From Microcystaceae cyanobacterium (lineage in GTDB: Bacteria; Cyanobacteriota; Cyanobacteriia; Cyanobacteriales; Microcystaceae): 64,000 nucleotides of DNA. Positions within the stretch are counted from its first letter, which is position 1. Every line of letters starts with the position of its first letter. The notes beneath the pieces are model-generated. The model was not told the origin of the DNA, did no database searches, and saw only the letters and a program-made list of their open reading frames with translations. Both the position numbers and the translations under genes were made by a program. Location: assembly GCA_041746575.1 (NCBI GenBank), contig JBGTGT010000012.1, forward strand, positions 1-64,000, in the 5' to 3' direction. This document shows positions 59,848 through 64,000 of this stretch, piece by piece.

Positions 59848-60639
59848 ATGTCTCAAAAAATTCTCGTGTTAATTGCTAATCCTCAAGGGACACAAAGTCT
59901 CAACCTTTTACCTGAAATTCGTCGCTTAAAAGAAGCATTACGACAGTCTGAATTGAACAGTCATTATCGAGTCGAATGGGAAATTGTTAAAACGGAAAAA
60001 GATTTCAGAAAATATATTATTAATCACAAACCTCAACTTCTCCATTTTGCAGGTCATGGCACAATGAAAGGATTATTATTAGAAGATCAAGAAGGTAATC
60101 CTAAAATACTCAATCACGTTTATATTGTTAGTCTCTTAAAAATTTACAGCGATCGCCTTAATTGCGTGATTCTTAATGCTTGTGAGACCGCCAATTTAGC
60201 AGAAGTATTAAGCCAAGAAATCAACAATGTGATTGGCATGAATCAGGAAGTAAAAGATGAGGTAGCTATTGTTTTTGCGGAAGGATTTTATGAAGCGTTA
60301 GGCGCAGGAGAAACGGTAGAGAATGCCTTTGAAGTTGGAAAAATGGCAGTATTAGAATTATCAGAAGTCAAAGATAGTCAAGGTCGAAAATTCATGATTG
60401 AGCAGGGTAAAATCTTAGATGAAAAAGGTCAAGAAATTATAAATTGCGAGCATTTAATTCCTGTTTTGAAAAAAAAAGATGATGCCAAAGCAATAGAAAT
60501 TCCCTCTTCAAAATCTTCGCAAGGAAACAGAAATATAACACAAAGTCATAGCGGGAAAGGAGATAATATTGCAGGAGATAAAACGGTGACGAATACCCGC
60601 ATGATTAACCTAAAAAAAGGGGATTATTTAGAATCGTGA
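59848..60639 (+). CDS. Stand-alone CHAT (caspase-like) domain protein
   Basis: LHFAGHG and ILNACET dyad; VIGM...FAEGFYEAL; short G/N/S-rich C-terminal tail. Confidence 0.85.
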   Translation: MSQKILVLIANPQGTQSLNLLPEIRRLKEALRQSELNSHYRVEWEIVKTEKDFRKYIINHKPQLLHFAGHGTMKGLLLEDQEGNPKILNHVYIVSLLKIYSDRLNCVILNACETANLAEVLSQEINNVIGMNQEVKDEVAIVFAEGFYEALGAGETVENAFEVGKMAVLELSEVKDSQGRKFMIEQGKILDEKGQEIINCEHLIPVLKKKDDAKAIEIPSSKSSQGNRNITQSHSGKGDNIAGDKTVTNTRMINLKKGDYLES

Positions 60640-60695
60640 TTAAGAAGTGACTGTTCTATAATAATAAAACGAGTGATGGATTTCGATTAATTAAA

Positions 60696-63146
60696 ATGAA
60701 GCCGGACTGGGTAAGATTACAAAAAGCACTCTCTGTCGAAGCAGAACGGGGTTATGATGACTTACAGGGCCATCAATACCGTTTTAGTGAGTTTTTGTGC
60801 CTAACCTTGGCAGAAAAACCCCCAATAGGGACACCTATCAGCGATCGCCGCAAATGGCAAGCATTAGCGGTACAATATGCTGAGTATTCCCATCTTGATA
60901 AAGGGCAACGTCAAGGCTTAATTAACCAAACTCGGCAATTTCTCCACGATTTACGCCAAACTCTTGAACAATCGACTGAACTACCCTTGCCGAAAACACC
61001 GAAAACGGCTAATATTCTCGTCGAATCAAATACTTTTATCAAAATTACGCTAGAAACCTCCTTGAGTCAGCTTCGGGAATTGGGTTATGCAAGGGGACAA
61101 CAGCTTAAACGCTTAGGGTTAAACACAGTTAGGGATATTCTCTTCTATTATCCGCGAGATCATCTGGATTATGCTCGACAGGTGGCGATTGAACACTTAG
61201 TCGCCGGGGAAACTGTGACAGTGGTAGGGACGGCAAAACGCTGTAATTGCTTCACCAGTCCGAAAAATCAGAAACTTTGTATTTTTGAATTGATTATTCG
61301 CGACCATACGGGACAAATTAAGCTCAATCGCTTCTTTGCGGGGACTCGCTTTGCTAATCGAGGTTGGCAAGAAAGACAAAAACGGATGTACCCTGTGGGT
61401 TCAACGGTAGCCGCCTCTGGATTGGTTAAGCAGAATAAATTTGGGGTAACGTTAGATAATCCAGAGATTGAATTACTCGAAAGTACGACCTCTCAGATTG
61501 AATCTTTGAATATTGGGCGAGTTTTACCTGTTTATTCCTTAACAGAAGGAGTTACTGCTGATGTTGTCAGAAAAGGCGTAATTGCGGCCTTACCTGCCGT
61601 TAAACAAGTTAAAGATCCCTTACCTGCCGTTATTCGGGAACAATATGGTCTAATTAAGCTAAAAGAGGCGATTAATAAGATTCATTTTCCAGAAAACTCT
61701 GAAATACTCACTCAAGCAAGACGACGCTTAGTTTTTGATGAATTTTTCTACCTACAATTAGGATTTTTACACCGTCGCCAACAGCAAAAACAACAGGAAA
61801 AGAGCGCACCTTTTAGTCCTAAAGGTCAATTGATCGAGAATTTTCAAAAAATCTTGCCTTTTTCCTTGACAAATGCACAAGAACGTGTCATTAATGAAAT
61901 TTTTGAAGATTTGAATGCCGAAACCCCGATGAATCGCCTTGTACAGGGGGATGTGGGGTCTGGTAAAACCATTGTTGCCGTTTTTGCCATTTTAGCGGCC
62001 TTACAATCAGGTTATCAGGCGGCTTTGATGGCACCGACAGAGGTCTTAGCAGAACAACATTACCGAAAATTAGTACAATGGTTTAATTTGCTGCATCTTC
62101 CCGTCGAATTACTGACAGGTTCGACCAAAACCGTTAAACGGCGTGAAATTCATGCCCAATTAGGCACAGGAGAGTTACCCTTATTAGTGGGGACGCATGC
62201 CTTAATTCAAGACCCTGTGAATTTTCAACGGTTGGGGTTAGTGGTGATTGATGAACAGCATCGTTTTGGGGTACATCAACGGGCTAAATTACTTGCTAAA
62301 GGTCAATCTCCCCACGTTTTAACGATGACGGCAACCCCCATTCCTCGAACGTTAGCGTTAACCTTACACGGGGATTTAGAGGTGAGTCAAATTGATGAAT
62401 TACCCCCCGGTCGTCGGGCGATTCAAACCACTGCTTTATCCGGAAAAGAACGTCTTCAAGCTTATGATTTAATTAGACGGGAAATCGTGCAAGGTCGTCA
62501 AGCTTATATTATTTTTCCCTTAGTAGAAGAATCAGAAAAACTAGACTTAAAAGCGGCAGTAGAAGAACATCAACGGTTCTCAGAAATTATCTTTCCTGAG
62601 TTTAATGTGGGGTTACTGCATGGTCGTATGAATTCGGCGGATAAAGAGGAGACATTGACCCATTTTCGGGATAATAAAACTCAGATTATTGTTTCAACAA
62701 CGGTGATAGAAGTAGGGGTAGATGTTCCTAATGCAACGGTGATGTTAATTGAACACGCTGAACGCTTTGGCTTGTCTCAATTGCATCAACTACGGGGACG
62801 AGTGGGACGGGGTTCTCATCAGTCTTACTGTATCTTAATGAGTAATAGTAAAACCCCCGATTCTCAGCAACGCTTAAAGGTTTTAGAACAGTCTCAAGAT
62901 GGCTTTTTTATCTCAGAAATGGATTTGAGATTAAGGGGGCCGGGGGAAGTCTTAGGAACGCGTCAATCGGGTTTGCCTGACTTTGCGTTGGCCAGTTTAG
63001 TAGAAGACCAAGAAGTTCTAAATTTAGCAAGAGAGGCGGCGGAAAAGATATTATTATTAGATAAAAATTTACAAGGAATGCCTTCTTTAAAACGAGAATT
63101 AGACGAGCGGTATCAACGAATGTTAGGGATAGAAATTTTAACTTAA
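60696..63146 (+). CDS. recG: ATP-dependent DNA helicase RecG
   Basis: QGDVGSGKT, DEQH, TATPIPR, QLRGRVGRG, RGPGE..G.RQSG. Confidence 0.97.
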   Translation: MKPDWVRLQKALSVEAERGYDDLQGHQYRFSEFLCLTLAEKPPIGTPISDRRKWQALAVQYAEYSHLDKGQRQGLINQTRQFLHDLRQTLEQSTELPLPKTPKTANILVESNTFIKITLETSLSQLRELGYARGQQLKRLGLNTVRDILFYYPRDHLDYARQVAIEHLVAGETVTVVGTAKRCNCFTSPKNQKLCIFELIIRDHTGQIKLNRFFAGTRFANRGWQERQKRMYPVGSTVAASGLVKQNKFGVTLDNPEIELLESTTSQIESLNIGRVLPVYSLTEGVTADVVRKGVIAALPAVKQVKDPLPAVIREQYGLIKLKEAINKIHFPENSEILTQARRRLVFDEFFYLQLGFLHRRQQQKQQEKSAPFSPKGQLIENFQKILPFSLTNAQERVINEIFEDLNAETPMNRLVQGDVGSGKTIVAVFAILAALQSGYQAALMAPTEVLAEQHYRKLVQWFNLLHLPVELLTGSTKTVKRREIHAQLGTGELPLLVGTHALIQDPVNFQRLGLVVIDEQHRFGVHQRAKLLAKGQSPHVLTMTATPIPRTLALTLHGDLEVSQIDELPPGRRAIQTTALSGKERLQAYDLIRREIVQGRQAYIIFPLVEESEKLDLKAAVEEHQRFSEIIFPEFNVGLLHGRMNSADKEETLTHFRDNKTQIIVSTTVIEVGVDVPNATVMLIEHAERFGLSQLHQLRGRVGRGSHQSYCILMSNSKTPDSQQRLKVLEQSQDGFFISEMDLRLRGPGEVLGTRQSGLPDFALASLVEDQEVLNLAREAAEKILLLDKNLQGMPSLKRELDERYQRMLGIEILT

Positions 63147-63371
63147 TTCTCAATTTATAATGACCTCTTTTGATTCAATACTCAGACTCATTAAAACTTG
63201 AGGTCTGGGTAACAGGATTATTTTGAGTGGCACCATTTATTAGATTTTCTTATATTTTTAAATATCTATCTTGATAATTAAACCATTGCTTTTTGTGTAT
63301 CTACAGGGTAGGATACCGATTATAGATCAGGGTTTTGTCTATTTTTTTACATGAACCATTGAAAAAAGACT

Positions 63372-64000
63372 ATGTTTGAACTATTCAGCCAGTCTGTCTG
63401 GTTTGTTCCCTTATATGCTTTAATTGGCGCATTACTCGCCATTCCGTGGTCACCCGGCATTATACGAGAAACAGGTCCCCGTCCGGCAGGTTACTTCAAT
63501 ATTTTGATGACTTTTACGGCATTTGTGCATAGTTTAATGGCACTTGTTGGCGTTTGGCAGGAATCGCCCCATTATTTCTCTACTTCTTGGCTTCAGGCGG
63601 CAAATTTAAATATTACCTTTGATATCGTTATTTCACCCTTAACGGTTGGTGCATTAGTTCTAATCACAGGATTAAACTTACTGGCGCAAATTTATGCCGT
63701 TGGTTACCTCGAAATGGATTGGGGATGGGCGCGCTTTTTTTCGTTGATGGCACTTTTTGAAGGAGGAATGTGTACGCTTGTAATTTGCAATTCTCTCTTT
63801 TTTAGCTATGTTGTGCTAGAAATTTTAACATTAGGGACTTATCTACTGATTGGGTTTTGGTTTAATCAATCTCTTGTGGTTACTGGGGCTAGAGATGCTT
63901 TTCTGACGAAACGGGTAGGGGATTTAATTCTTTTAATGGGAGTTGTTGCTTTGTTGCCTTTGGCGGGAACATGGAATTATACTGAACTTGCACAATGGGC
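63372..64000 (+). CDS. ndhF3: NDH-1 subunit F, CO2-uptake type (NdhF3-like); runs off the window
   Basis: MFELFSQSVWFVPLYALIGALLAIPWSPG..TGPRPAGY; YLEMDWGWARFF; ARDAFLTKRVGD; not in the ORF track. Confidence 0.88.
   Translation, partial: MFELFSQSVWFVPLYALIGALLAIPWSPGIIRETGPRPAGYFNILMTFTAFVHSLMALVGVWQESPHYFSTSWLQAANLNITFDIVISPLTVGALVLITGLNLLAQIYAVGYLEMDWGWARFFSLMALFEGGMCTLVICNSLFFSYVVLEILTLGTYLLIGFWFNQSLVVTGARDAFLTKRVGDLILLMGVVALLPLAGTWNYTELAQW

Overview
Chromosomal window from a unicellular cyanobacterium (about 23 HIP1 GCGATCGC octamers counted by eye; acsF, CRR6, ndhF3-type and phycobilisome-like genes; gene order resembles Synechocystis/Chroococcales). Most of it is core or conserved: a Synechocystis slr0144-0151-type (Pap) V4R/globin/ferredoxin/TPR operon, PBP1A, acsF, rps1, grpE-dnaK divergent from pilB-pilT-pilC, cysS, a urate/xanthine cluster (gntR, hpxO, NCS2), tRNA-Ser(UGA), gltD, wzm/wzt, recG and a partial ndhF3. 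The standout is an AT-rich, tightly packed minus-strand operon (36886-43744): vWA-TM protein, 1086-aa tubulin/FtsZ-like GTPase with C-terminal SHOCT, ZorA/MotA-like protein with a long tail, and ZorB/MotB-OmpA-like protein. It is a Zorya-like membrane motor partnered with a tubulin-like protein instead of the known Zorya effectors. It lies 27 bp downstream of a degenerate PilB paralogue and next to a patatin and EVE and DUF29 pseudogenes. Features absent from the ORF track include two copies of a MITE (one with a perfect 7-bp TSD), the two pseudogenes and an NtcA promoter overlapped by a candidate GntR operator. Also present are two decayed diguanylate cyclases and a stand-alone CHAT protease with an amyloid-like tail. 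All family calls come from motif recognition by eye; no database searches were run.
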